A stretch of DNA of 64,000 nt from a virus. Below, one piece after another: positions 48,490 to 57,487 of the stretch. Numbering within the stretch: position 1 is the stretch's first letter; the number at the start of each line of letters is the position of its first letter. The notes beneath the pieces were generated by a model. The model was not told the origin of the DNA and did not search any database. It saw only the letters and a program-made list of their open reading frames with translations. Made by a program: the position numbers and the translations under genes. The stretch is taken from positions 14,309 through 78,308 of the IMG/VR virus record IMGVR_UViG_3300010400_000002. One strand, 5' to 3'.

Positions 48490-48692
48490 GATGTATAGCA
48501 TTTAATCAGTGAAATTATTTTACCGATAGCAACATTGTTAATGTCCATTTGTCCTGATTCAATTTGTGATAGGTAAGAATTACTCACTCCTGTAAGTGAT
48601 TCAACTTGTCTGAGTGAAAGATTTTTTTTCTTTCTTAGCTTCTTTAATCCAGCAGCACTTTTAAAAAAGTCAATGTCTATTTGTAAACTCAT
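48486..48692 (-). CDS. XRE-family HTH regulator
   Basis: LKKLRKKKNLSLRQVESLTGVSNSYLSQIESG. Confidence 0.85.
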   Translation of the reverse strand: MSLQIDIDFFKSAAGLKKLRKKKNLSLRQVESLTGVSNSYLSQIESGQMDINNVAIGKIISLIKCYTS

Positions 48693-49117
48693 GATGATTT
48701 GGTTTGAGAGTTAATTAATAGCACAACAAACTTCCCCTTTGATGGGTCTATTCCGTGACTTCGCAGTAAGGAGAGGAAGGAATCATTTTTATTTAGAAAC
48801 CATCCGCCGCCAAGATATTTTGTATAATCTTGATACCACGTTTTTCCAAGATCGTTATGACTATAACAAAACTCACTGCAATCAAAATCAATTACTCCAT
48901 GATCTATTTTCCCAAGAATTTTGTAATCTTTAGCAAGAGGTAATTCTTTTGTAATTAGTGTTTCATCTCCCGTACATTCCTCAACATCTAAATCATCCAA
49001 ATCAATCATATAAATTAATTCCTGCTTTGTAGTATAGTTCTGAATATCATAACCAAAACTATTTGACGGAACTTCCACGACGATAATATTTTCCCTTGCA
49101 GTTTTAATCTGTTTCAT
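48689..49117 (-). CDS. hypothetical protein, tandem paralogue A
   Basis: Shares YKILG.I..G...FDC..F...WY.DYTK...DSFLSLL..H.ID.SKGKFV with 49114-49533. Confidence 0.65.
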   Translation of the reverse strand: MKQIKTARENIIVVEVPSNSFGYDIQNYTTKQELIYMIDLDDLDVEECTGDETLITKELPLAKDYKILGKIDHGVIDFDCSEFCYSHNDLGKTWYQDYTKYLGGGWFLNKNDSFLSLLRSHGIDPSKGKFVVLLINSQTKSS

Positions 49118-49533
49118 AGTTTATTATTTTTCAATAAGCAAACAAATTTTCCTTTACTTACATCAATGTGATGATGCAGAAGCAATGATAGGAAGGAATC
49201 TTCTTTAGATAAATTCCAATCATTTCTATTTTTTAAATTGGGGGGACGTTTTGTATAATCAGGATACCACCAACTATCGTCATCGCGTGCCCTTAAAAGA
49301 AACTTGCCACAATCAAACTTCACCTCTCCATTCCAAATCTCTCCCAACACTTCATAATCCTCTTCCTTCCCTTCCAACCCGATCATATAATCCGGTGTAT
49401 CATTATCATGACACATCACCCACAGGTATGTTGTTTTACCGTCGTTTCTGATTTGGTATTCGTAGGCGAAGTCGAATACTGAAATGACGAGGATGTTTGC
49501 TTTGGGGGTTGGGATTTTGGTGGGGTTATTCAT
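49114..49533 (-). CDS. hypothetical protein, tandem paralogue B
   Basis: Paralogue of 48689-49117. Confidence 0.65.
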   Translation of the reverse strand: MNNPTKIPTPKANILVISVFDFAYEYQIRNDGKTTYLWVMCHDNDTPDYMIGLEGKEEDYEVLGEIWNGEVKFDCGKFLLRARDDDSWWYPDYTKRPPNLKNRNDWNLSKEDSFLSLLLHHHIDVSKGKFVCLLKNNKL

Positions 49534-49728
49534 TCGGTAGATGATTTAATTGTTTGCAAAACCTCAAGCCATAATTCTAATTCATCAATGTAATTCATAT
49601 CTCTCCTTTTTTGATTAAGTTTAATCTGTGTATCCAATAACTATAAGCCCATTCTGGGGTATTGAATAGCTTTGACACCTTAACTATTAAATATGCCTCC
49701 CAAAATATTCGCTTCTTTAAATATGCTT

Positions 49729-50007
49729 TCATTCTGTTTCAGGTTTAGAGTTAGTGGAGGGAATTCCTTTTGATTTTAGAAATTCTTTTGCAGCATCTTT
49801 CGCAGACTGAAATGTTTTTGGATAGTCCAACTTGTATTCTTCAAGCGTGATTGGATTTTCCGATCTCTCGTGCATTAATTTGTATGCCGCTAACAGTTCG
49901 ATCAGATCAGCTTCGGAGATTAGTATTCCAGAGATGGTTGTTTCTGGCAATTCATCCCCCATGCTAACTTGTTTGTAGTAGGTCTTAGGGATTAGTTTGT
50001 TGTCCAT
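49729..50007 (-). CDS. hypothetical protein
   Basis: 92-aa ORF. Confidence 0.5.
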   Translation of the reverse strand: MDNKLIPKTYYKQVSMGDELPETTISGILISEADLIELLAAYKLMHERSENPITLEEYKLDYPKTFQSAKDAAKEFLKSKGIPSTNSKPETE

Positions 50008-50565
50008 TTGCGTTCTCTTGTTTTAAATCTTCCTTATGAATAGCAATCAGATGATCCAATGTTTCATCGGCACTTTTGCCTTTCGCCTCCCAGCAATCAA
50101 TGATTCCAAGTAGCGCAACAGCCATCGGTGTATTCTCAATTCAATTTACTATCGTTGCTTTTAAATGTTCGAATGTTAGAGGTGTTGTGCTTAAATCGGT
50201 ATCAATGATGTTGCATTACAAATCTCGCAACGGTAATCGTGCTCTTGAATATGTCCGCAGTCCTGACATTGAAAGTGGCTCCACTCTGTTTCTTCATCTT
50301 CGTCTCCTTCATCAATCCAATCTTCCGGCTCCTGTTTGGTTGGGTCGTCCATGTTAGAGTTGGTTAACGATTAACAGCTTCATTTCTGATTAATCCCCAG
50401 GGCACCGCAATTCCAAATCCCTCAAACTTTTTTACTTGCCCTTTTGCCCACTGCCTACCGGACTTAGTAAGTCCTTTCATTAGTGCCTGTTCCAAATAAT
50501 TGCCTGAATTAATCTGGCGAGGGTGTGATTTCGTTTTCATTTTTGCCTGAGTTTAGTTTAAAAAA

Positions 50566-50892
50566 TTAAGAAAGGTCAATTTCATTTTTAGACTGCTGGT
50601 GAGAGATAAAAAAGATTCGTGCATCACGGATAAGAGTAGTTTTCACAACACTGATACCCCACTGCTCAAAGCATTTGATTAGTGGCTGTAATGCCTCAGT
50701 ATTGGCGATATATCCTTCCGGTATCATCACTTGCTTAGGAATACCGTTCTTGCGTACCCATGCTGCTGTATCAGGGTATTCTTCATCGAAGGCGCTGGCG
50801 AATCGCTCTTTACGTCGTGCATCCATATCAGCAAATACTTGCTGCAGAGATTGAAACCTCTTTAATCCTGAAATGATTTCTTTATCTTCCAT
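50566..50892 (-). CDS. hypothetical protein
   Basis: 108-aa ORF. Confidence 0.5.
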   Translation of the reverse strand: MEDKEIISGLKRFQSLQQVFADMDARRKERFASAFDEEYPDTAAWVRKNGIPKQVMIPEGYIANTEALQPLIKCFEQWGISVVKTTLIRDARIFFISHQQSKNEIDLS

Positions 50893-50915
50893 CTATGAAT
50901 GTTTAACTTCTGAAC

Positions 50916-51659
50916 CTATTTTAAGTCGAAAGCGGGGGTTTGTCCTCTGAACTGTAGCGCTACCTCTATCACCTGCGGGGTGAGCTTCAGTATCCATCCT
51001 TCCTCCCATCGGTAGTAGCCTTCATCAATTACCTCCCTGATCTTCCAATACAGTTCACCCGAACACTGCCTGATTTTGATTGGAGCCTGATTAATTAACT
51101 TCAGTAACCCAATCTTCTTTAACCACTGCTTCAATCTCCTTCCTGTGGCTTGTGACATTCGGATAATCCGTCCTGCTCCCTTATCGCTTAAAATCAACGT
51201 TGCTGCGTTGTGTTGCCGTCCAGTACTGTTTTCTCTTAATCGTGCCTTCGACTTATCAAGTGACTGCAAACGTACGTAACGCTGTTGCTGTAATGAGCTT
51301 CGCAGGACTATTGCCCTGAGTTGCTTAATCAAATCGTTTATGGTGGTCCGGTTTAGTATCACCGGTTTGTAGTTGCCTTTGAATCCGGCTATCTGTTGCG
51401 TTGCTCTGCGTAGTGAGATGCAACGGTAGCCGAAGTTGGGATCCGCCTCGATCAATCCAAACTGCATCAGGCGGTTAAAATACTTCACCCTGGTGGCGTG
51501 AGATACGAATTTGATGTTGGACTGCTTGTGAATGTGTCCGGTCTTAAATTGCCTTTTGAATAAGAGCCATGCTGCGAGGGTGCGGACGTGACCATTATCG
51601 TTAGCCCACTTGAGGAGAGGGTATGGTATCAGGACTATTGAACGGTCACAGAAGGACAC
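50916..51659 (-). CDS. basic winged-helix-like DNA-binding protein (GTG start)
   Basis: Two wHTH-like segments (YFNRLMQFGLIE; LSDKGAGRIIRMSQATGRRLKQWLKKIGLL); the upstream part of the ORF is a structured leader. Confidence 0.5.
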   Translation of the reverse strand: MSFCDRSIVLIPYPLLKWANDNGHVRTLAAWLLFKRQFKTGHIHKQSNIKFVSHATRVKYFNRLMQFGLIEADPNFGYRCISLRRATQQIAGFKGNYKPVILNRTTINDLIKQLRAIVLRSSLQQQRYVRLQSLDKSKARLRENSTGRQHNAATLILSDKGAGRIIRMSQATGRRLKQWLKKIGLLKLINQAPIKIRQCSGELYWKIREVIDEGYYRWEEGWILKLTPQVIEVALQFRGQTPAFDLK

Positions 51660-51779
51660 AAAATCAAAATCCGATTGGAGTGTTCGCGCACCCTCGAATC
51701 GGATTTTAGAATTTACCTTGAAATTCTGAATTACTTGCGCGAACAAAAGTAGTTCAGAACTATTTACCGGACAAATGTA
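51660..51779 (-). promoter_or_regulatory. promoter and kissing-hairpin leader
   Basis: TACATTTG (51772-51779); two hairpins carrying complementary TGTTCGCGCA/TGCGCGAACA (51736-51745, 51681-51690). Confidence 0.6.
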
Positions 51780-51804
51780 AAATTGAAATTGAGATTTCTT
51801 CATA

Positions 51805-52167
51805 TTACTTTTCCACATTCTGATTGTACCACTGGATCATTTCCACAATTACCTGACATCCTTTCATGGGATCATTGGTAAAAATTGCCGACTCATATTT
51901 GTCAAGCAATCGGAGATACTTGTCTGATTCTTCCTTGCCCAATTTAGAAACCATATCCTGAAGCAAGTGACCTATTTTACTGTATGCTGGTATTTGCCAA
52001 TCGAAGGAGGAGTGGTATTCTAATGTCCAGTCCACATTCTCACCTACTCCATACCTTGCATCGGATATATTTTGACTACGTACATATCCCTTTTCAAGAG
52101 TAAGTTTAGTTGAACTGTGCATAAATTCCCAAATCAGTTTGTTTCCGGCAATCGTTTCGTCTGGCAT
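51805..52167 (-). CDS. YHSS(W/F)DW family protein, paralogue
   Basis: GNKLIWEFM...LEYHSSFDWQIP...IQWYNQ. Confidence 0.6.
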   Translation of the reverse strand: MPDETIAGNKLIWEFMHSSTKLTLEKGYVRSQNISDARYGVGENVDWTLEYHSSFDWQIPAYSKIGHLLQDMVSKLGKEESDKYLRLLDKYESAIFTNDPMKGCQVIVEMIQWYNQNVEK

Positions 52168-52178
52168 AGGGTTAGGGG

Positions 52179-52430
52179 TTAAACTGAAATAGTTGTGACC
52201 TTAAAAAGTTCTTTTACAAATTTTATTGCTCGCTCCTCTGGTGAAAGAGAATTGGACTGGCTACGTAACTGCCTTTCAAATTCTCGTAATTCTTCACTGC
52301 TGATAAGTTGCCGTAAGCAATAACGGTAACAGTCCTCTTTGTCCGTCATAGTGCTTCTGGTGGGCTTGTAATTAAGAGCAAATGCTTTTGCAATGCTCAA
52401 TGTCGCTTGGAATAAATCTATTTTTCTCAT
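52179..52430 (-). CDS. hypothetical protein
   Basis: Overlapping-operon ORF. Confidence 0.45.
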   Translation of the reverse strand: MRKIDLFQATLSIAKAFALNYKPTRSTMTDKEDCYRYCLRQLISSEELREFERQLRSQSNSLSPEERAIKFVKELFKVTTISV

Positions 52431-52633
52431 TGGCTGTATAAGTTTTTCAACAATCTCGCTGCAATGATCTCCCCGTCCTTCTCAAGGTTGCGCCTCACAC
52501 CTTCATCATCGCCGTTCTCGTAGGCAATGACGATCTGGCGCTGAACCCGGGACTGTTTCTCCGCTAACTGTTCATCGGTCTGCAGGAGGTAACGACGGAG
52601 TTGTGCGGAATCATCTGGTGGAAGTATTGTCAT
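52427..52633 (-). CDS. hypothetical protein
   Basis: Overlapping-operon ORF. Confidence 0.5.
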   Translation of the reverse strand: MTILPPDDSAQLRRYLLQTDEQLAEKQSRVQRQIVIAYENGDDEGVRRNLEKDGEIIAARLLKNLYSQ

Positions 52634-52818
52634 TTGAAAAGTAGTTTTGTTGAGTAAGGTTCAATCCAATAGTCAGGTGCAATGGTTCCGGTCTTTGGCT
52701 GCTCACCATTCGGATAATGCCCGTACACGTCGAAGTAAGCTGAATCGAAAGTCATTCCCATGCGTAACAGTTCAAAGAGGCGTTGCGCGTTGTTAACGGA
52801 TTGGAGGTAGTCTTTCAT
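52630..52818 (-). CDS. hypothetical protein
   Basis: Overlapping-operon ORF. Confidence 0.5.
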   Translation of the reverse strand: MKDYLQSVNNAQRLFELLRMGMTFDSAYFDVYGHYPNGEQPKTGTIAPDYWIEPYSTKLLFK

Positions 52819-53117
52819 AGTGTTGCTTTTACGATTGCGGCGATAGCTTTTTGCTCTGCGGATTCTGCAAAGTCTAATCTATAATCAGCCAATCTCTCAT
52901 CTACAGGTAATTGTCTTACCAAATCTTTAAGGGCTTCATACGTCGTTGTTAGTGCCTCTAAAAGTTCCTGCACTGCCTCTGGGTTGATCTGCTTAGTCAC
53001 CTGTCCGAAAGTATTATCGTAAGCAAGTTGTTTCGCTTCATCCCATGCGTCCATGTATTTGTCGGAGTCAATAGGATTGTTGCGCATGATCTGTTCTAAC
53101 TCTTTGGCTGTTCTCAT
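52815..53117 (-). CDS. hypothetical protein
   Basis: PEAVQELLEAL...AIAAIVKAT, a common phage early-gene motif. Confidence 0.55.
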   Translation of the reverse strand: MRTAKELEQIMRNNPIDSDKYMDAWDEAKQLAYDNTFGQVTKQINPEAVQELLEALTTTYEALKDLVRQLPVDERLADYRLDFAESAEQKAIAAIVKATL

Positions 53118-53305
53118 GGCTTGCGGTTTTTGAACGGAGATATTTTTTCGAGTGCTTCATTTGCCCTGTCATGTAATGCTTGGCAAAATGCGTCGCCCTG
53201 TCTTACTACGTCAATGCGCTCGACAATGTTTTCTAAGGTCTGGCGCATGATTCTATTTTGCTTCCTCAGTCCTCTGATTATTCGCTTGGCTGTTGCATCA
53301 TCCAT
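53114..53305 (-). CDS. hypothetical protein
   Basis: Overlapping-operon ORF. Confidence 0.5.
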   Translation of the reverse strand: MDDATAKRIIRGLRKQNRIMRQTLENIVERIDVVRQGDAFCQALHDRANEALEKISPFKNRKP

Positions 53306-53353
53306 AATTTTCTGATTTTGGTTTTCTGTTAAAAGTGTTCTGAATGTTACTGT

Positions 53354-53393
53354 GTCCGGCGCAAGAGTCGAACTTGCCGCACCGTTACCGGAC
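53354..53393 (-). ncRNA. tRNA minihelix-like element (acceptor stem + T-arm only)
   Basis: GTCCGG...GCAAG-TTCGACT-CTTGC-G-CCGGAC. Confidence 0.45.
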
Positions 53394-53411
53394 TACCTAA
53401 AAACCCACCCT

Positions 53412-54272
53412 TTAATCCTTCGTCTGCTCCTTTTCTAATTCTGCACAACGAATAATATCTTTCATCGCCACTTCATTTGTTTCATAGAAACGTGGTGGGG
53501 CAACTTCAATCGGTGAAGATGCTCTGTAAATTTGTTGCGCGGCAAATGCCGGGGAGGTTGCACGTTCTAATTCATTACCTTCTTTCCCTGCAAGATGGTT
53601 TATCCATCCGGCGCGACAATGTGTAGTATCACAAGTATGCCATGTGGACATATTTAATTGGTTGCCGTTATCCTGAATGGCTTCCAATAATTTTTGGTGA
53701 ATATTTGGAATAACGGGAACCGGAACGCCTCCGATGTAGATACGATTTGGAATAGATTCTTTTTCCTGTGGTGCATCTTGTTCGACTGGGCGAGCGTTTT
53801 TTAAATCACTGCAACCACTGCAACGACTGCAATCACTGCAACGACTGCAACCACTGCAACGACTGCAATCACTGCAACCACTGCAATCACTGCAACGACT
53901 GCAATCACTGCAACCACTGCAATCACTGCAATCACTGCAACCACTGCAATCACTGCAACGACTGCAATCACTGCAACCACTGCAATCACTGCAACCACTG
54001 CAATCACTGCAACCACTGCAACCACTGCAATCACTGCAACCACTGCAATCACTGCAACCACTGCAATCACTGCAACCACTGCAACGACTGCAATCACTGC
54101 AACGACTGCAATCACTGCAACCACTGCAATCACTGCAATTCCAACAGCCTTTGTTATACTTATTTTCTTTCTCCCAATTCGGATTTACTTCAGCAAATTC
54201 AGGAGAAACCCCATTCACATCTTTATCGGAACGGTCAATAAACTCTGAGTAATCTTTGAAAATTTTTGTCAT
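53412..54272 (-). CDS. Cys-repeat protein with WHTCDTTHCRAGW C-terminal domain
   Basis: Start MTKIFK; 37 x CS(D/G/R); LNMSTWHTCDTTHCRAGW. Confidence 0.7.
   Translation of the reverse strand: MTKIFKDYSEFIDRSDKDVNGVSPEFAEVNPNWEKENKYNKGCWNCSDCSGCSDCSRCSDCSRCSGCSDCSGCSDCSGCSDCSGCSGCSDCSGCSDCSGCSDCSRCSDCSGCSDCSDCSGCSDCSRCSDCSGCSDCSRCSGCSRCSDCSRCSGCSDLKNARPVEQDAPQEKESIPNRIYIGGVPVPVIPNIHQKLLEAIQDNGNQLNMSTWHTCDTTHCRAGWINHLAGKEGNELERATSPAFAAQQIYRASSPIEVAPPRFYETNEVAMKDIIRCAELEKEQTKD
53805..54137 (-). repeat. 9-bp tandem repeat x37, TGCAGT(GAT/GGT/CGT)
   Basis: 333 bp with only three unit variants. Confidence 0.95.
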
Positions 54273-54300
54273 GATGTTTTTTGTTTTTTGGTGGGTGAAA

Positions 54301-54768
54301 TTATTCTGCTGTCTCTTTAACGTAAACTTTGTACCATGCCCCTGACTTCCTCGACTGCACACAGTAGAAAAAACTTCCTTTGATGCTGCGGTAAACTCGA
54401 TGCTTTACTCCATCTTTGGTGGTGAAGTAGTAACCGGTGTCGGTTGCATTCTTGGTAAGGTCCGCTTCGCTCTTGGCTGTGCTGCTGCTTGACTGTACGA
54501 ACTTTTGGTAGTCGGCTTGCTCTTTTACAAGGGACTTGCCCTGGGCTGTCGTTTGCGCGTGAATCCTGCTGCAAAGTAACCAGCTAAGGAGGATGAAGAT
54601 TAATATTTTTGTTTCTGATGGCAACCTGAATTTGGATGGATGGAGAATAGGATCACGTTGCAATCTCTTGAATTTCTCTAATCCTTTTTTCTCCGATTCT
54701 GCGCGTCGGTTATTCCATGCCTTCATTTTTTCATGATGGATTTCGTACTCTGATTTTTCATTTCTCAT
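54301..54768 (-). CDS. membrane-anchored/secreted protein
   Basis: Hydrophobic ILIFILLSWLLC; C-terminal VYRSIKGSFFY..QSRKSG.WYKVY. Confidence 0.55.
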   Translation of the reverse strand: MRNEKSEYEIHHEKMKAWNNRRAESEKKGLEKFKRLQRDPILHPSKFRLPSETKILIFILLSWLLCSRIHAQTTAQGKSLVKEQADYQKFVQSSSSTAKSEADLTKNATDTGYYFTTKDGVKHRVYRSIKGSFFYCVQSRKSGAWYKVYVKETAE

Positions 54769-54860
54769 TTTGTGAATTGGTTTTAAGAGTGAAATTAAAT
54801 TGAGTTGGTAAAGATTATTTACTTACTGATTGAACTGTTTCCGAAATGGAAAGAGTTGGA

Positions 54861-55172
54861 TTAACTGAGTGATTGAATTAACTTCATTGCATTGTCATAG
54901 GCTTTATCATCTTCTGCGTCCCATGCGTTGCTCTCAACGTAAGTCTGAAGCTGATAGGCGCATTTATTCAATGCCTCAATGAGTTTGTAATGATTGTTGA
55001 CTGCCTTTGCGATAAACTCCGCTTGTTCTTTTCCGGTATCTCCTTCGAATACTGAACCGATCGGATTTCTTTTTTCATCTTCCATCAAAGCAAAGTCGGG
55101 TGCTTTCGGTGGGTAGATAACTTTCAATTTGAACTTGTGCAATTTTTGCACTGCTTCGGTTGTGTTGCTCAT
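54861..55172 (-). CDS. hypothetical early protein
   Basis: AEFIAKAVNNHYKLIEAL motif. Confidence 0.55.
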   Translation of the reverse strand: MSNTTEAVQKLHKFKLKVIYPPKAPDFALMEDEKRNPIGSVFEGDTGKEQAEFIAKAVNNHYKLIEALNKCAYQLQTYVESNAWDAEDDKAYDNAMKLIQSLS

Positions 55173-55195
55173 TTATTGTGAATTTTTAAGGTGAG

Positions 55196-55399
55196 TTAAA
55201 AAATTGAAATTTGATTTTTGTCGTTTACAGTAACCGGCTCCAGGGAATCTTCCACTATTACTTCTCTCGAAATAAGTAGACCTGTCGAATTTCTAAAGAT
55301 GCCAATGTTGCTACTCTCGAAAAGTTCAGCGATCTTAAATGTTTCATCTGCCTGTTTGCAGGTCGGCTCGAATTCGATTCTACGGTCGGGACGTTTCAT
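55196..55399 (-). CDS. hypothetical protein
   Basis: Short ORF in the operon. Confidence 0.45.
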   Translation of the reverse strand: MKRPDRRIEFEPTCKQADETFKIAELFESSNIGIFRNSTGLLISREVIVEDSLEPVTVNDKNQISIF

Positions 55400-55401
55400 T
55401 G

Positions 55402-55611
55402 TTAAAATCCCTCCGCTTTGTTCCAGTACTTTGTGAGATGGTCAGTAGTAGTCTTTCCTATTACCATGTCCTGAGAGTCCAGTATTTCTACTTCATCTTC
55501 CGCGGTGACATTGTAATCTTTGGCTGCTGGGAAATCCTGACGGATGAAATTCATGACGCTGCTAAATTCATTGTTGAATCTTGCGCGTTGTTCGTGTTCG
55601 TAAATAGTCAT
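55402..55611 (-). CDS. hypothetical protein
   Basis: Short acidic ORF. Confidence 0.5.
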   Translation of the reverse strand: MTIYEHEQRARFNNEFSSVMNFIRQDFPAAKDYNVTAEDEVEILDSQDMVIGKTTTDHLTKYWNKAEGF

Positions 55612-55731
55612 GTAGATGATTTTTAAAATTAACAGAGTAACTCACTCGTACTCTTTGCGCCCGGATAACGCATTCAAGGTACACCGGGCAAGCTCCGTAG
55701 AACCATCTACGGGGGAAACTACGGACTATCT

Positions 55732-56568
55732 TTACAACTCAATGAAAATTTCCTTTTCGTTTTCATCCTGCACGATTCCAATTACTTTGCCGTCTGTGTT
55801 GATTGCGAAGGCGTGGAAGTGGTATGAATCATTTGCCCTCATGTACCCTCCATTGCAAACCCAATAACCGGCGTAGGCGCTCGAACTTGTGTAAGCTAAC
55901 CCTAACTTTTCGTCTATATCTTGATAGCTGAAAGGATGAAACTCTTTTGCGCTTTCCTTGTCGTGTGTTGGCTGCCATTTGTATGTGTATTTTAGGAAGT
56001 GTTTATAGATAGCCCGCTCCACCTGCTTAAATTGTTTCGGTGTCCACTCTTGAATGAAATTGGAATTTACTTTGGATAATTCGCGTATCTTCCGATTCAT
56101 TTCTAATTGCTGGCTGTCATACATTTGAAAGACAATCCCGCCGCCGTATTGCTTATTGTGAAATTTGCGTCCCCCTAATTGTTTGGCTTTGAGTAATGCA
56201 ATGTCATATTCTTCAGAGACAAATGAAATTCCCAGGGTATCAGCTTTAATTTTATCCCCCTCATTGATGAAAGAGAGGAAGTGACAAACGTAGCGTGAAT
56301 TTCCATTGACATCACTTGCAACCCGTGTAAATTCGATAGGTTTTAAAAGTTCATTTACTCGCTGCCTGTCATCATCTTTAAGGGCAATGCTCCCGATGAT
56401 TGTACCGTGACTGATGATTGAAAAAATGTGCTTGCTTTGTTTCGTTTCATCTCTCATAATTTCATCAACCTTATTGCCGCAATAGTAAACGCGGCAATCT
56501 TGTAAGGTGAGCGAATTACTGGTGAAAGACGGTCGAAAGTCTTTGATTACTTCTGCTTGATTTTTCAT
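55732..56568 (-). CDS. multi-domain early protein
   Basis: Contains the conserved phage motif FTRV.SDVNGN.RYVCHFL...GGRKFHNKQYGGGIVFQ. Confidence 0.6.
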   Translation of the reverse strand: MKNQAEVIKDFRPSFTSNSLTLQDCRVYYCGNKVDEIMRDETKQSKHIFSIISHGTIIGSIALKDDDRQRVNELLKPIEFTRVASDVNGNSRYVCHFLSFINEGDKIKADTLGISFVSEEYDIALLKAKQLGGRKFHNKQYGGGIVFQMYDSQQLEMNRKIRELSKVNSNFIQEWTPKQFKQVERAIYKHFLKYTYKWQPTHDKESAKEFHPFSYQDIDEKLGLAYTSSSAYAGYWVCNGGYMRANDSYHFHAFAINTDGKVIGIVQDENEKEIFIEL

Positions 56569-56664
56569 TGTAGATAGTTTTTGAATTACTGAGCTTATGC
56601 TCATTGCGCCCCATCCCCTTTCCGTAAGATTCGCACGCCGTTAGCGTGAAGGACGGAACAAAGA

Positions 56665-57120
56665 TTAAATGAAATAAACTTCGTAAGCTGTAAGGTAAAA
56701 TTTAACTCCGATACGTGAGCTAATAGTATTGTCAACAAGTCTTTTACAAAACTGAGTGAATGATATTTTTTTGCATTGCTTCAATACATCTTCCTTTACT
56801 ATATGGAAGCAACCGGACATTGTATTTACTCTATTTTCCCAGTTTGGTTCATGCTCGATTTCGATTACTTCACTTGCGATCACGTCACAATGTGCGCACA
56901 AGTCAAACATTTCCCAGTTGCCATCTTTCGGGAATACTTCCCCAGCAAGTATTAACCGTTCAATGAACTTTGCATACGGTTGTAAATTGTGGGAATGTGT
57001 TGAGGTGAAAAATTTGTAATTCTTGTCAAAGTAGTAAACGTTTGTTTTCAATCCATTGACATAAAGTGAATGACATCCTTTAATTGATTCACTCGGTTTA
57101 AATTCTGTGTGAAGATTCAT
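56665..57120 (-). CDS. hypothetical early protein
   Basis: First gene downstream of the TATCTTTG box. Confidence 0.5.
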   Translation of the reverse strand: MNLHTEFKPSESIKGCHSLYVNGLKTNVYYFDKNYKFFTSTHSHNLQPYAKFIERLILAGEVFPKDGNWEMFDLCAHCDVIASEVIEIEHEPNWENRVNTMSGCFHIVKEDVLKQCKKISFTQFCKRLVDNTISSRIGVKFYLTAYEVYFI

Positions 57121-57154
57121 TTTGTAGATGGTTGTTTTGTGGTTAATAATAGGA

Positions 57155-57162
57155 CAAAGATA
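57155..57162 (-). promoter_or_regulatory. Bacteroidota -7 promoter box (early leftward)
   Basis: TATCTTTG upstream of 57120. Confidence 0.6.
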
Positions 57163-57307
57163 CTTTACAGTAATTGTGCCAATAATTAAACCAATAAATA
57201 ACGCAACAAACGAAGCAAATAGTAAATAGGTGAGTAATTGTGTAGAATATGCACCACATTCAATTCCACATAATGAGGAAATAAATAGACAATAAAATAG
57301 TACACAA

Positions 57308-57487
57308 TCAAGATGCCAATACCAAAGGTTTGACCTTGCGCCCCCGTTTACGTCCCGAACTTATACCATTGTCACGCATGCGTTTCCTCAGTGTATTTAA
57401 CGATATACCCAATTTTCCGGCTACTTGGGACATGCTTAAATTAGGATTGGAAGCAATAGCCTTTTGAATGATCTCGGTGTCTGACAT
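57308..57487 (-). CDS. small HTH DNA-binding protein
   Basis: LSMSQVAGKLGISLNTLRKRM plus basic tail GRKRGRK. Confidence 0.7.
   Translation of the reverse strand: MSDTEIIQKAIASNPNLSMSQVAGKLGISLNTLRKRMRDNGISSGRKRGRKVKPLVLAS

Noticed and set aside
53768-54241. (NHC)n and (VIA/VVA)n ORFs
   Set aside because: Alternative frames of the 9-bp repeat; only the CSx frame joins sensible N- and C-terminal domains in operon orientation
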